In this document: positions 15,749 to 25,236 of the stretch, piece by piece
Numbering within the stretch: position 1 is the first letter of the stretch
Layout of the letters: the number at the start of each line of letters is the position of its first letter
Assembly: GCA_964343315.1 (NCBI GenBank)
Contig: CAYFJA010000009.1
Span: 878 to 32,877 of the forward strand
DNA length: 32,000 bases
Origin: an uncultured Nitrososphaerales archaeon
GTDB lineage: Archaea > Thermoproteota > Nitrososphaeria > Conexivisphaerales > UBA164
Direction: 5' to 3'
Notes under the pieces: generated by a model
The model's input: the letters and a program-made list of their open reading frames with translations, nothing else
Told to the model about the DNA's origin: nothing
Database searches by the model: none
Translations under genes and position numbers: made by a program

Positions 15749-17114
15749 CCAAATACACCTTCTTGCTCTTTTCGGTTATGTTCGTCCACTCGCTCTCCGG
15801 CAGTATTGAAAGAACGTCCCAAGCTAAGTTTAGAGTCGTTTCTATGTCCCTGTTTTCATAAGGCCCTTGATTCACGAACCTCCTTTCAAAGGCGTCGGCG
15901 AACTGCAGGTACTTTTTAGATGCTTCAGATATCCCTTCTTCGCCAACTATTTCAGCCAAAGACCTAACCTCCATAGCCTTAGAGTATGAGCTGTAAAGCT
16001 GGTCGCTCAGCTCCTTGTGGTCAGCCCTCGTCTTCCCTTCCCCAACCCCATCCTTCATAAGCCTGCTCAAGCTCATCAGCACGTTTACTGGAGGATATAT
16101 TCCCTTGTAGAAGAGGTCCTTGCTCAGCACTATCTGTCCTTCAGTTATGTACGCAGTAAGGTCAGGTATTGGGTGCGTTATGTCGTCAGCAGGCATCGTT
16201 AAGATCGGAAGCTGAGTCAGGCTTCCCTTCCTTCCCGTGATCCTTCCAGACCTCTCAAATATAGTAGCTAGGTCAGTGTAGAGGTATCCAGGGTATCCCC
16301 TTCTGCTCGGGACCTCTTCCCTCATCATGCTTATCTCCCTAAGGGCTTCCCCGTAGTTGGTCATGTCCGTTAGTATAGCTAAAACGTGGTAGCCCTGTTC
16401 AAAAGCTAAGTATTCAGCAGCTGTTAAAGCAACCCTGGGAGTAACTATCCTTTCGACCGCAGGGTCTTCTGCTAGGTTTAAGAAGAGGACGCTCCTCTTG
16501 AGGGCCCCAGATTCTTCAAGCTCCTTCCTGAAGAACATAGCTGTGTCCGCAGGGACTCCTATGGCAGCAAAAACAACGGCGAACTCTTCTCCTTTAGCTA
16601 TCGTTGCCTGCCTAGCTATCTGGGCAGCGAGCATATCGTGAGGAAGACCTGAGCCCGAGAATATCGGTAGCTTTTGTCCCCTAACCATGCTCAGCATCCC
16701 ATCGATGACTGATATCCCGGTCTGGATAAATTCGTCTGGATATTCCCTCCTGTATGGATTAAGTATCCTGCCGTTTATGTCCAGCTCCATCTCACCAACT
16801 GGCTCAGGCATGCCGTCTATGGGCCTGCCTAGCCCATCGAAGACCCTTCCCAAAAGCTCGTTAGAGACAGGAAGCTCAAGAGGCCTGCCGAGGAACCTAA
16901 CCTTTACGCCTTTTGGAGAAAGGCCCTGAGTCCCTTCGAATACTTCAACCACAGCAATGTCTTCGCTGACTTGTAGAGACCTTCCGAGCCTCCTTTCCCC
17001 GCTTTCTAGCTCTATTTCAACGAGCTCTTCGTACCCAAGCTTTCCGTTGGTTCTTATTACCATCAATGAGCCTCTTATGCTTTCAACCGAGCTAAAAGTT
17101 ACGCTTCCGCTCAC
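15717..17114 (-). CDS. atpB: A-type ATP synthase subunit B (non-catalytic)
   Basis: 465 aa ORF with conserved blocks [36 protein letters not shown] and [31 protein letters not shown]. The GTG start overlaps the atpA stop as GTGA, and a GGTGA SD lies 8 nt upstream. Confidence 0.97.
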   Translation of the reverse strand: MSGSVTFSSVESIRGSLMVIRTNGKLGYEELVEIELESGERRLGRSLQVSEDIAVVEVFEGTQGLSPKGVKVRFLGRPLELPVSNELLGRVFDGLGRPIDGMPEPVGEMELDINGRILNPYRREYPDEFIQTGISVIDGMLSMVRGQKLPIFSGSGLPHDMLAAQIARQATIAKGEEFAVVFAAIGVPADTAMFFRKELEESGALKRSVLFLNLAEDPAVERIVTPRVALTAAEYLAFEQGYHVLAILTDMTNYGEALREISMMREEVPSRRGYPGYLYTDLATIFERSGRITGRKGSLTQLPILTMPADDITHPIPDLTAYITEGQIVLSKDLFYKGIYPPVNVLMSLSRLMKDGVGEGKTRADHKELSDQLYSSYSKAMEVRSLAEIVGEEGISEASKKYLQFADAFERRFVNQGPYENRDIETTLNLAWDVLSILPESEWTNITEKSKKVYLDVVQKRYVKV

Positions 17115-18829
17115 AGCTCCATCACCTTCTTCATTAAAGCTTCAAAATCATCCTTATTTCTCAGGTTAAATTTAGCCCTAACAACTTCCAGGTAAACCGG
17201 GCTGGACTTTATCTCTTCAACGGTTTTGCCCTGCTTAATCTTTTCCTTGGCCTTTTCGTAAAATGATATTATTAGCTTGAGAAGGTAGTACTGAATTTCA
17301 GGAGGAGAATACCTATCTACTTCGTGGTACGCGCTCTGCTTTAAGAAGCCCTCCTTTAGCATGTTTGCTGCTTCAAGAACAAGCTTTTCATCTTCCGGGA
17401 GGACCTCAGGTCCTAAGAGCCTGACTATGCTTCTTAAGCTCTCTTCCCTGAAGAGAAGGTCTAAAGCTTGCCTTCTTAATGCTTGAAATTCTTCAGATAT
17501 CTTTTCCGTCCACCACTTTGATATGGGCTCAGCGTAGGAAGAGTAGCTGGACACCCAGTTTACTGCTGGGTAGTGCCTTGAGTAAGCCAGGTTGGGGTCT
17601 AGAAGCCAGAAAGCCTTAACGTACCTCAGCGTATGGGTCGTGACCGGCTCTGTAAAGTCCCCTCCCGGGGGAGAAACTGCTCCTATAATTGAAACGCTCC
17701 CTATGTCCCCGCCTAATGTCTCAACGTACCCTGCCCTTTCATAGAAAGCGGCTATCCTTGAAGCCAAGTAAGACGGGTAACCTTCTTCAGCCGGTATTTC
17801 TTCAAGCCTTCCGCTTATTTCCCTTAAAGCTTCAGCCCACCTGCTTGTTGAGTCAGCGAGAAGAAGCGTGTCGTATCCCATGTCCCTGTAGTACTCTGCA
17901 AGCGTTATCCCAACGTATATGCTAGCCTCCCTAGCGGCAACGGGCATGTTGCTGGTGTTAGCTATCATTATAGATTTTTCCATTATAGGCCTCCCGCTGA
18001 TTGGATCGCTTAACTTCGGGAAGGTCTTAAGAAGCTCAACCATTTCGTTTCCCCTCTCCCCGCATCCCACGTAAACTACCACCCTAGAGTTAGCCCAAGA
18101 TGCTATTTGGTGAAGCAGAACCGTTTTCCCTGTTCCAAACCCTCCGGGGACAGCCGCTGAGCCTCCCTTAGCTAGCGGGAAGAATGTGTCTATAACCCTT
18201 TGCCCAGTGACTAGAGGCTCAGAAGGCACAAGCCTCCTTCCGAAAGGCCTGGGGACCCTAACCGGCCATTTCTGAAGCATTGTTAGCTCGAGCTTTTCCC
18301 CGTTCTTCACTTCAGCTATCTGCTCATCAACCCTGTAGTCCCCTTCTGGGGCAACGAAAGTCAGAGCTCCTTTAACGTTGGGCGGAACTAGAATGTAGTG
18401 CCTAATTAATCCAGTCTCTTCAACGTAACCTAGCTTTTCTCCTCCCTTAACCTTTGTTCCTTGCTTTGCTGTTGGAATGAAATGCCACTTCTTCTTTATG
18501 TCGACTGGATCTGCGGTATAACCTCTGGATATTGAATAGCCCTCTATGTTGCTCAGCGGTCTCTGCAAGCCGTCGTAAATGTTCCCTATGATTCCTGGAC
18601 CCAAAGTTACTGACAGGGGCGATCCAAGACCTTCTACGGGCTCGCCAGGCCTAAGGCCTGTAGTAAACTCATATACCTGAATGTACGCGTTATCCCCTTC
18701 AACCCTTACTACTTCTCCTATTAGCTTAAGTTCTCCTACCCTAACCATTTCGTTCATCTGTATTCCTGATACGTTCGTCGCTTTTACTACAGTGCCCCTA
18801 ACTTCAGTTATTCTTCCCTTTACCCCCAA
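17111..18829 (-). CDS. atpA: A-type ATP synthase catalytic subunit A
   Basis: 572 aa ORF. It has the Walker A motif GGFGTGKTV, the blocks GERGNEM and [22 protein letters not shown](I)[10 protein letters not shown], and the non-homologous insert typical of A subunits. The start is TTG at 18829 with GGTGA upstream. The length indicates no intein. Confidence 0.97.
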   Translation of the reverse strand: MGVKGRITEVRGTVVKATNVSGIQMNEMVRVGELKLIGEVVRVEGDNAYIQVYEFTTGLRPGEPVEGLGSPLSVTLGPGIIGNIYDGLQRPLSNIEGYSISRGYTADPVDIKKKWHFIPTAKQGTKVKGGEKLGYVEETGLIRHYILVPPNVKGALTFVAPEGDYRVDEQIAEVKNGEKLELTMLQKWPVRVPRPFGRRLVPSEPLVTGQRVIDTFFPLAKGGSAAVPGGFGTGKTVLLHQIASWANSRVVVYVGCGERGNEMVELLKTFPKLSDPISGRPIMEKSIMIANTSNMPVAAREASIYVGITLAEYYRDMGYDTLLLADSTSRWAEALREISGRLEEIPAEEGYPSYLASRIAAFYERAGYVETLGGDIGSVSIIGAVSPPGGDFTEPVTTHTLRYVKAFWLLDPNLAYSRHYPAVNWVSSYSSYAEPISKWWTEKISEEFQALRRQALDLLFREESLRSIVRLLGPEVLPEDEKLVLEAANMLKEGFLKQSAYHEVDRYSPPEIQYYLLKLIISFYEKAKEKIKQGKTVEEIKSSPVYLEVVRAKFNLRNKDDFEALMKKVMEL

Positions 18830-19370
18830 CTTCGCTCACCTTAAGCCTTATGCTTCTCTTCAACTCCCTTTTAGCGTCCTCCAGCATCCTATCAAAATCA
18901 TAAACTATCAATTCCTCCCCAAGGCTTACGGAAAACCCCCTGTTGAATTCTGCCAAGCCTGAATAAGTTAAGCCCAAATCTTTAGCTATCCTCTCAACCT
19001 TTTGGGCGTCAAGCTTCCCTGAATATACTTTAGCTCCGCCCACCTTTGCGCTTTCCTGCATTAGCCTCTTCAATACTTGTTCATACTGCTCGCTCTGGAG
19101 AAACTCTGCGTACGCTTCAGAGATTAACTTTTCCATCAGCTCGTCTTCCTTTACGCTGTAGATCCTCTTCATTTCAAGCTCCTTTTGAGATGACCTTACC
19201 GCCCTCTCCCTTTCTGATCTCTCTTTTGCCTCCTTTATGATCTTCTCTCCTTCTTCAATCGCTTCCCTTTCTTTTTCTTCTATTATTCTTTTAGCCTCTT
19301 CAAAAGCCTTCGACAAAAGGCTAAGAGCTTCCTGCTTTTCCCTTTCAACAACAGAGTTAATGCTTTCCAA
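18804..19370 (-). CDS. atpE: A-type ATP synthase subunit E (peripheral stalk)
   Basis: 188 aa ORF. It has a highly charged N-terminal coiled coil (EAKRIIEEKEREAIEEGEKIIKEAKERSERE) followed by a globular C-terminal domain. It lies between atpF and atpA and starts with TTG at 19370. Confidence 0.8.
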   Translation of the reverse strand: MESINSVVEREKQEALSLLSKAFEEAKRIIEEKEREAIEEGEKIIKEAKERSERERAVRSSQKELEMKRIYSVKEDELMEKLISEAYAEFLQSEQYEQVLKRLMQESAKVGGAKVYSGKLDAQKVERIAKDLGLTYSGLAEFNRGFSVSLGEELIVYDFDRMLEDAKRELKRSIRLKVSEVGGKGKNN

Positions 19371-19371
19371 C

Positions 19372-19665
19372 TTAGAACACCTTCATGACCCTTCTTATTT
19401 CTTTCTCAACGGCTTCTGCGGTCTCGTAAACTTCGTAAGGCGGGTCCAAGGCCAGCACTGGAGGCTCTATGCTCATCGATATTTCATCGATTTCGCTTTC
19501 AGAACCTTTGATAACGCTTCTGTCTATCACTATGAGCCCGTAGCTTCCGCTTAATCCTTTTAAAGCGCTGATTACTGAATTTTTATCTTCAGCTAACAAA
19601 CCCATAAATCCAAATAGCTTAAAAAAAGTAATAAACCTCTTAGACCCTATGGCCAGAACATTCAT
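19372..19665 (-). CDS. atpF: A-type ATP synthase subunit F
   Basis: 97 aa ORF. The pattern LAIGSKRFITFFKLFGF...GLIVIDRSV fits the subunit F fold signature (iaviGdxdxvxGFxLaG...giilit). It is the first gene of the cluster. Confidence 0.8.
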   Translation of the reverse strand: MNVLAIGSKRFITFFKLFGFMGLLAEDKNSVISALKGLSGSYGLIVIDRSVIKGSESEIDEISMSIEPPVLALDPPYEVYETAEAVEKEIRRVMKVF

Positions 19666-19690
19666 CCACTAAAATATATTAGAAAGCCAC

Positions 19691-19776
19691 ATATTTAACT
19701 TTACTAAAATAAAAATTTTATAAAATATCTTTGAAAAACAAATAAGCTGTATGTATTAAACTAAAAATTTTATAAA
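19691..19776. promoter_or_regulatory. Divergent atp / cobA promoter region with a duplicated 14-nt TATA-containing element
   Basis: AAAAATTTTATAAA occurs at 19711-19724 and again at 19763-19776. Each copy is preceded by ACTAAAA. An additional minus-strand TTAAATAT (19691-19699) lies 26-34 nt upstream of the atpF ATG at 19665. GTTTAAAT (about 19823-19830) lies about 25 nt upstream of the cobA GTG. Confidence 0.35.
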
Positions 19777-19852
19777 TTTTTTCAAATCTTCTTTCACATA
19801 AAAGGAAAATGAACAAAAATTAGTTTAAATCTCGGCTCTAAAGAGTCTTACT

Positions 19853-20386
19853 GTGAGCATCATCAAAAGGGGCTTAATAATAGTTTATTACGGAAACGGA
19901 AAAGGGAAAACTACAGCATCTTTGGGGATGATAATAAGAGCCCTAGGACATGGGTATAAAGCAGCTTACATTCAGTTCATAAAAAGCTCGGTTAGCGGGG
20001 AAACAAAGTTTTTGTCAAGGCTCAGCGACGTGCTAGTTTATTCTGGAGGGTTAGGCTTTGTGGGAATTATGGGGGACAGCAAGGCAAAAGAGGAACACAG
20101 GAAAAAGGCCATGGAAACCTTAGGTTTTGCGACTGGCATCATGAAAGATCCTACCTACTACGTTGTTGTTTTAGATGAGATAAACTGCGCCTTAAGCCTT
20201 GGACTCCTTCAGCCAAATGAAGTTTTAGCGGCCTTAAGAAGCAGAAACGAAAGGGTTAACGTAGTTCTCACAGGCTGCACAGCCCCAAAGGAAATTATAG
20301 ATGAAGCCGACATAGTTACAGAAATGGTGAAAGTTAAGCATATATTTGACCAAGGGTACCTCGCTAAGATTGGGGTCGACTTTTAA
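19853..20386 (+). CDS. cobA: Cob(I)yrinic acid a,c-diamide / cob(I)alamin adenosyltransferase (CobA/CobO/BtuR family)
   Basis: 177 aa ORF with a GTG start. The P-loop VYYGNGKGKTTASLGMIIRALGHG and the VVLDEINCAL stretch (DE of the family LDE motif) are typical of CobA-type ATP:corrinoid adenosyltransferases. Confidence 0.85.
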   Translation: MSIIKRGLIIVYYGNGKGKTTASLGMIIRALGHGYKAAYIQFIKSSVSGETKFLSRLSDVLVYSGGLGFVGIMGDSKAKEEHRKKAMETLGFATGIMKDPTYYVVVLDEINCALSLGLLQPNEVLAALRSRNERVNVVLTGCTAPKEIIDEADIVTEMVKVKHIFDQGYLAKIGVDF

Positions 20387-20406
20387 CAATCACAATATAT
20401 TAAATA

Positions 20407-21360
20407 TTATGATAATAGAAGCATGTTGTACACATAGGCTTTTCCATCATATCCAAAATGCTTTGAACTTAAGCTCCCGCTTATCCTTTTTTTAACCGCT
20501 ATGAACGGCCCGTCCTCCCACTCATAAGCTTCTATGTTTTTGAATGACTTCTCTCTTTCTGAGTATGTTTTCCTGAGTTTTTCTTCGTCGCAAACCTCTA
20601 AGGTTTTTCCAGGCAAGCCAAATAAGCTTCTGTACGTTGAAATAAGCAGGTTGAAAGCAGCTTTGTTGTTAGTAAAAACTACAGTCCTTTCGCACGGTCT
20701 TCCGGCTTCTGTCGCAGGCGAGTAAACGTATAAGGCTTCTCCCTCAGCCCTTTTTCTCGAAGAATAGGTTAGGTCTATCAGTGAGCTTTTGTTAAAATCA
20801 GAAAACGACTTGTATACTCTCCCAAACCTATCGGGGGATTGCAAGAAAGCAGGAAGGCTTTTGTTTGCTTCTTTTATCCTGTAGGGCCGCACAAATAAGG
20901 ACCAAGAAAGCAACTCCCATGATCTTCCTACAGGACCGTAAAGGTAGATAGCCTTGGTTTTCAGAGCCAAAAGCCATGACACAAAGGCCAAACTCCTGCT
21001 TCCAAGAACAGCAACGAAGTCCGCTTTGTGAACATCCTTGAGCTCTTCAACGCTTACCTCTCTTTTTTCGCAATCTATGCTCGAAGCTTCGATTTCTAAG
21101 TCCCTAGGCTTTGGGATCCTCCAGCCTTGAGCCTTTAGCGAATCTAAAACAAAACAGTTCACTAGGCTCTGTTCAATCCCTCTGGGCATCAGCCTTTTAT
21201 AAATCTCTAACTCCCTATCGTAATCCTCTAACTCGCTTCCGATCTCCTTTTTTATTTTTCCTATCTCTTTTGATATCTTTCTTCTTTCCCTTAGGGAAGT
21301 TAAGGCTGATTCAAGAAGCTTAAAAGCTTCTTCTCTCTTTCTTTCGAGGTCATCTCTCAT
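20407..21360 (-). CDS. AroQ-type chorismate mutase domain (about residues 1-85) fused to an unrecognised C-terminal domain of about 230 aa
   Basis: 317 aa ORF. The N-terminus aligns by eye with E. coli and M. jannaschii AroQ chorismate mutases. LRERRKISKEIGKIKK matches LAERRELAVEVGKAK. EDYDRELEIYKRL matches RDIDRERDLLERL. VLDSLKAQ matches IEDSVLTQ (the Ser84/Gln88 positions). The C-terminal part (KADFVAVLGSRSL...IYLYGPVGRSW...) shows no prephenate dehydratase TRF/ESRP motifs and no dehydrogenase GxGxxG motif. It overlaps aroC by 11 nt. Confidence 0.7.
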   Translation of the reverse strand: MRDDLERKREEAFKLLESALTSLRERRKISKEIGKIKKEIGSELEDYDRELEIYKRLMPRGIEQSLVNCFVLDSLKAQGWRIPKPRDLEIEASSIDCEKREVSVEELKDVHKADFVAVLGSRSLAFVSWLLALKTKAIYLYGPVGRSWELLSWSLFVRPYRIKEANKSLPAFLQSPDRFGRVYKSFSDFNKSSLIDLTYSSRKRAEGEALYVYSPATEAGRPCERTVVFTNNKAAFNLLISTYRSLFGLPGKTLEVCDEEKLRKTYSEREKSFKNIEAYEWEDGPFIAVKKRISGSLSSKHFGYDGKAYVYNMLLLS

Positions 21361-22438
21361 TTATAAAGCCTCCCCTTATGGCCATGTCTGCTAGGACGAA
21401 GTAGGTTAGCGCTTCAGCTATCGGAACAGCTCTTGGAACTACGCAAGCGTCGTGCATCCCTTTAAGCTCAAGCGTTCCTTCCTTCATCTGCTTAACGTTT
21501 ATTGTCCTTTGAGGCTTGTATATTGATGAAACGGGCTTAAAGGCTATCGTAGCTACTATAGGCTGACCGTTTGTCATGCCTCCTAATATTCCTCCTGCGT
21601 TATTAGAAAGGGTTGTTACTTCTCCGTTGACGATGACGTACTGATCGTTGTTCTGGGAGCCTCTTAGCTTTGAGGCCCTGAAGCCGGCCCCAAACTCTAC
21701 CCCTTTAACCGCAGGGATAGAAAAGTACGCTTTGGCAAGCTCTGAATCTATCGAAGAAAAGACCGGCTGCCCGAGGCCAACGGGGAGCTTGCTGCTCAAT
21801 ATCCTAACCGTACCTCCTACGCTGTCCCCTTCCTTTTTGGCGCTGAGTATTTCTTTTTTCATAAGCTCCTCGTGCTCCTTTGAGGGGCACCTTGTCTCAA
21901 ACTCATACCTTCTTCTCGCTTCTTCCAAGCTTAGGTCTGGGCATTCAACGCTCCCTATGCTCTTGGTGTAACCTACAACCTCAACTTTGAGAGGCTTCAA
22001 GATTTCTTCAGCTATTGCGCCAGCTATGACAAATCCAACAGTAATTCTAGCTGAAAACCTTCCCCCTCCCCGCGGGTCGTTGAACCCTTTGTACTTTATG
22101 TAGGCTGGATAGTCCGCGTGCCCAGGCCTAACCCAACCCTCTTCAGCGAAGGAGTAAAACTCATCAACAGCCCCAGTGTTCCTGACTATAGCAACTAAAG
22201 GCGCCCCAGTCGCCCTTCCTCTGTAGACCCCTGAGATTATTTCTACTTTATCTTCCTCCTTTCTTTTAGTGGAAGATATTGAAGAGCTTGGCCTTCTCCT
22301 TGAGAGCCATTCGTTTATCTTCTCTTCTCTTATTTCTGTTCCCGGAGGTATTCCTTCTATCAGAACGCCAACGGCAGGGCCGTGACTCTCCCCAAAGCTA
22401 ACCATGACCAATGATTTCCCTAAGCCGTTGTCAAGCAT
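21350..22438 (-). CDS. aroC: Chorismate synthase
   Basis: 362 aa ORF with FGESHG, GRATGAPL, RPGHADY, GGGRFSARIT and ILGGMTNGQPI. These are all the signature blocks of AroC. Confidence 0.95.
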   Translation of the reverse strand: MLDNGLGKSLVMVSFGESHGPAVGVLIEGIPPGTEIREEKINEWLSRRRPSSSISSTKRKEEDKVEIISGVYRGRATGAPLVAIVRNTGAVDEFYSFAEEGWVRPGHADYPAYIKYKGFNDPRGGGRFSARITVGFVIAGAIAEEILKPLKVEVVGYTKSIGSVECPDLSLEEARRRYEFETRCPSKEHEELMKKEILSAKKEGDSVGGTVRILSSKLPVGLGQPVFSSIDSELAKAYFSIPAVKGVEFGAGFRASKLRGSQNNDQYVIVNGEVTTLSNNAGGILGGMTNGQPIVATIAFKPVSSIYKPQRTINVKQMKEGTLELKGMHDACVVPRAVPIAEALTYFVLADMAIRGGFINER

Positions 22439-23696
22439 AAGCTACCGCCTCTGCCCCATTCTTTCTGAGCTCCTCAAAGAAGGAAGGAAAGGACTTTTTA
22501 ACGTGCTCGTATCCGTTTATCCTGCACTTTATCCCCAAAGATAGACAGAGCACAGCTAGGGCCATGACGACCCTGTGGTCTTTCCAGCCGTAAAGCTCTG
22601 CTTCTTTTTTTAAGCTTCCTGGCTCAGCGTAAAAGTCGTTCTCAGAAGCTTTAACCTTGCAGCCTAACTTAGATAGCTCCGATGCCATAGAAGCTATTCT
22701 GTTGCTCTCCTTATATTTTATGTGCTCAATGCCCGTTATCTTTACTGGGACGACGCAGCCGAGGACAGAAAGGGCGGGGAATAGGTCTGGGGAATCCTTT
22801 AAGTTAGCGTGAATAGGCTTATCAGGAATTTTACCGTAAACGTATAGCCCTTCATCTATGAATGAAAACTTTATTCCTGCTTCTTTGAGGACGCTTATAA
22901 GCCCTAAGAGATCAGCCTGAGGCGGTTCTTCTTTTAAGCCTTTTATCAGGACCTCTTTTTCGCTCATGATTGACAGCGAAACGAAAAAAGAAGATGATGA
23001 AGCGTCGGCAGGGACTTGAAATGTAGAAGCTCTGTAGACCCCAGGATAAACTATAAACGATTCGCCTTCTACTTCAGGAGCTACTCCGAACTCCTTCATG
23101 ACCCAAAGGGTCATGCTGACGTAGTGCTCAGAAACCCTGTTCTTCCAGGTTATTTTAGTCCTCTCTTTGTTTAGCGGGGAGACCAAAAGAAGAGCGCTGA
23201 CGTACTGGGAAGATTCAGAGGCCTTTATCTCAACGTCTCCTCCCTTCATTCTTTGCCCTTTTACTATAACAGGAGGCTTACCTCCTTCTCCTAAAGCCAA
23301 AGACCAGCCGCCCAGCTCATTGATGGCTTCAACCAAAGGGCCTATAGGCCTCTTTATCAAGCTTGAGTAGCCTGTGAGAACGACGTAACCTTTTGAAGCT
23401 AAAGTTGAATAAGCTGTCATAAACCTGAGACCTGTACCGTTGTACTTCATGTTTATGACGTTTTCAGGAGGCTCTGGTATCGTTCCTTCAACTTCATCTC
23501 CTCTGATCTTCACCCCCATGCTCCTTAAAGCCCTCTTAAAGACCTTGACGTCGTCGGGCTCCTGGCCTGATAATATAACCCTGCTTCTTCCTTCAGAAAG
23601 GCTTGCGGCTAAGAGAGCCCTCTGCGCATAGCTTTTGCTAGGAGGAGGCTGGACCACAAGCTTATCGTTTAACGATCCTTTAAGATAAAACTTCAT
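22431..23696 (-). CDS. aroA: 3-phosphoshikimate 1-carboxyvinyltransferase (EPSP synthase)
   Basis: 421 aa ORF with N-terminal LKGSL...VQPPPSKSYAQRALLAASL, then NGTGLRFM, and C-terminal KESNRI and DHRVVMALAV motifs. Confidence 0.95.
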   Translation of the reverse strand: MKFYLKGSLNDKLVVQPPPSKSYAQRALLAASLSEGRSRVILSGQEPDDVKVFKRALRSMGVKIRGDEVEGTIPEPPENVINMKYNGTGLRFMTAYSTLASKGYVVLTGYSSLIKRPIGPLVEAINELGGWSLALGEGGKPPVIVKGQRMKGGDVEIKASESSQYVSALLLVSPLNKERTKITWKNRVSEHYVSMTLWVMKEFGVAPEVEGESFIVYPGVYRASTFQVPADASSSSFFVSLSIMSEKEVLIKGLKEEPPQADLLGLISVLKEAGIKFSFIDEGLYVYGKIPDKPIHANLKDSPDLFPALSVLGCVVPVKITGIEHIKYKESNRIASMASELSKLGCKVKASENDFYAEPGSLKKEAELYGWKDHRVVMALAVLCLSLGIKCRINGYEHVKKSFPSFFEELRKNGAEAVAYA

Positions 23697-24479
23697 TTAA
23701 TGTACCTCCAGGAGATAACCTTCGTTAGCAGGAGATGAAAAGATGTTTTTCATCCCTTCAAAGACGTATGGCTCACCTTCTTTTATCGCAAAGTATGCTG
23801 GGCCGTTTCCAGAAATTCCAGCTATAGCACCTGTTGAAGCGGCCTTTATAAATGGGTCTTTTGGATATCCGTTAGAAGATGATACTATAAGCGAGTTCAG
23901 CAAAGCGGCGGCCCAAAAGTTCCTTTCTTTTACGTACCTTATCAACAGATCTGTTAGCTCCTTAAATTTCTCTAGAAGCCCTTGGTTCACGGTCTTCTTA
24001 AGCTCCTCGTTTATAGCTATCGTGACCTTCCAGGCGCTTGGGGCTTCGAACCTAGATATTAGTTTGCCAGTCGAATTGTCCGTGAGCACTATCCCTCCTA
24101 GAACAGAAGCGTAGGCGTCGTCGTAAGCTCCTGTAAAAGAAAGCCCAAGCCTTTTGCTTACTTTAGCGGAAACTTTAACGGCTTCGTCAACATCTACATT
24201 TCCCTTAAATGCTAGGCCTGCGATGGCTAGAGAAGCTGTGTATGCGCTTGAGCTTTTTAAACCAACCCCCTGAGGTATCTCCGAGGAAACCTTAACAGAG
24301 AACTTGCCCTTTAGCCCGATCTCCTCAAATATTGCTTTCGCTATTTGGTCGCCTAGCCACCTGTCTGATTCCTCGACCTCAAGGATCAGAGGGAGCTTTA
24401 CGGCCATGGCTGACCCGTACATCCCTATTAGCGCGTTGATGAAGCTAACCCCTCCCCAAACCCTAACCTTAACCTTCAC
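23697..24479 (-). CDS. aroK: Archaeal shikimate kinase (GHMP kinase superfamily)
   Basis: 260 aa ORF with the GHMP motif II IPQGVGLKSSSAYTASLA. It lies between aroE and aroA, and no P-loop AroK/AroL-type kinase is present. This matches the MJ1440-type archaeal enzyme. Confidence 0.85.
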   Translation of the reverse strand: MKVKVRVWGGVSFINALIGMYGSAMAVKLPLILEVEESDRWLGDQIAKAIFEEIGLKGKFSVKVSSEIPQGVGLKSSSAYTASLAIAGLAFKGNVDVDEAVKVSAKVSKRLGLSFTGAYDDAYASVLGGIVLTDNSTGKLISRFEAPSAWKVTIAINEELKKTVNQGLLEKFKELTDLLIRYVKERNFWAAALLNSLIVSSSNGYPKDPFIKAASTGAIAGISGNGPAYFAIKEGEPYVFEGMKNIFSSPANEGYLLEVH

Positions 24480-25236
24480 GAAGCACCGACCTCATTTTCT
24501 CCCTGTCGACAGCGATTCCTTTCCATATTTCTATCGAGAGCGCTGCCTGCTCGATCAGTATGTCTAAACCAGATACGTAAACCTTTGAGGCCTTCTGAAG
24601 GTTTGTGCCATTTAAGCTGTAAGCCAGGTCTATGGTTGAGCTGTAGCCTCCTTTTCTGAAGAAGCTAAGAAGCTGAGAGTCATCGTAGTACATCCCCAGC
24701 GGTGTAGCGTTTACGAAGACGTCGGCTCTCACGGGACCTTCAACTACTTCAGCCTTAGCGCCCCAGAGCGAGATCCTTTTGGCCAAAGCCTCAGCCCTAT
24801 CTCTTGTTCTGTTAAATATGTAAAACTTGTTGAATCCAAGAGAAAAAAGAGCGTAAGCTGACGCGCTGGCGGCGCCCCCAGCCCCATAGATTAGAGCTGA
24901 GCTGCCTTGCACGTCTTTAGACAGTTTTTTTATCGCTAGATAGTCGGTGTTGTAACCCAAAAGCCTATCTTCAAAGACCTTAACCGCGTTGGCCGCCCCT
25001 ATCATCCTAACTTCTTCTGAAACCTCGTCCAAGTAGACGAGGATAGATTTTTTGTAAGGTATGGTTACGTTGAAGCCGCGCGAAAGAACCCTCAGAGCCT
25101 CGACTACCCTGTTTAGCATCCCTTCTTGAGTCTCAAAGGGAATGTAAAAGTCCCCGAGCTCGTTTAAAATCGCGTTGTTTATCCTAAAGGACAAAGAATG
25201 GGATAGAGGATAACCTATAAGGGCATAGAGGGCCAA
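24469..25236 (-). CDS. aroE: Shikimate 5-dehydrogenase
   Basis: 255 aa ORF with IGYPLSHSLS, GFNVTIPYK, GYNTDY and a Rossmann motif IYGAGGAASA. Confidence 0.9.
   Translation of the reverse strand: MALYALIGYPLSHSLSFRINNAILNELGDFYIPFETQEGMLNRVVEALRVLSRGFNVTIPYKKSILVYLDEVSEEVRMIGAANAVKVFEDRLLGYNTDYLAIKKLSKDVQGSSALIYGAGGAASASAYALFSLGFNKFYIFNRTRDRAEALAKRISLWGAKAEVVEGPVRADVFVNATPLGMYYDDSQLLSFFRKGGYSSTIDLAYSLNGTNLQKASKVYVSGLDILIEQAALSIEIWKGIAVDREKMRSVLREG

Noticed and set aside
17111-18829. Possibility of inteins in atpA or reverse gyrase, which are common insertion hosts in archaea.
   Set aside because: Lengths are canonical (572 aa and 1196 aa). The conserved blocks are contiguous, with no Cys/Ser-...-HN intein junction motifs.
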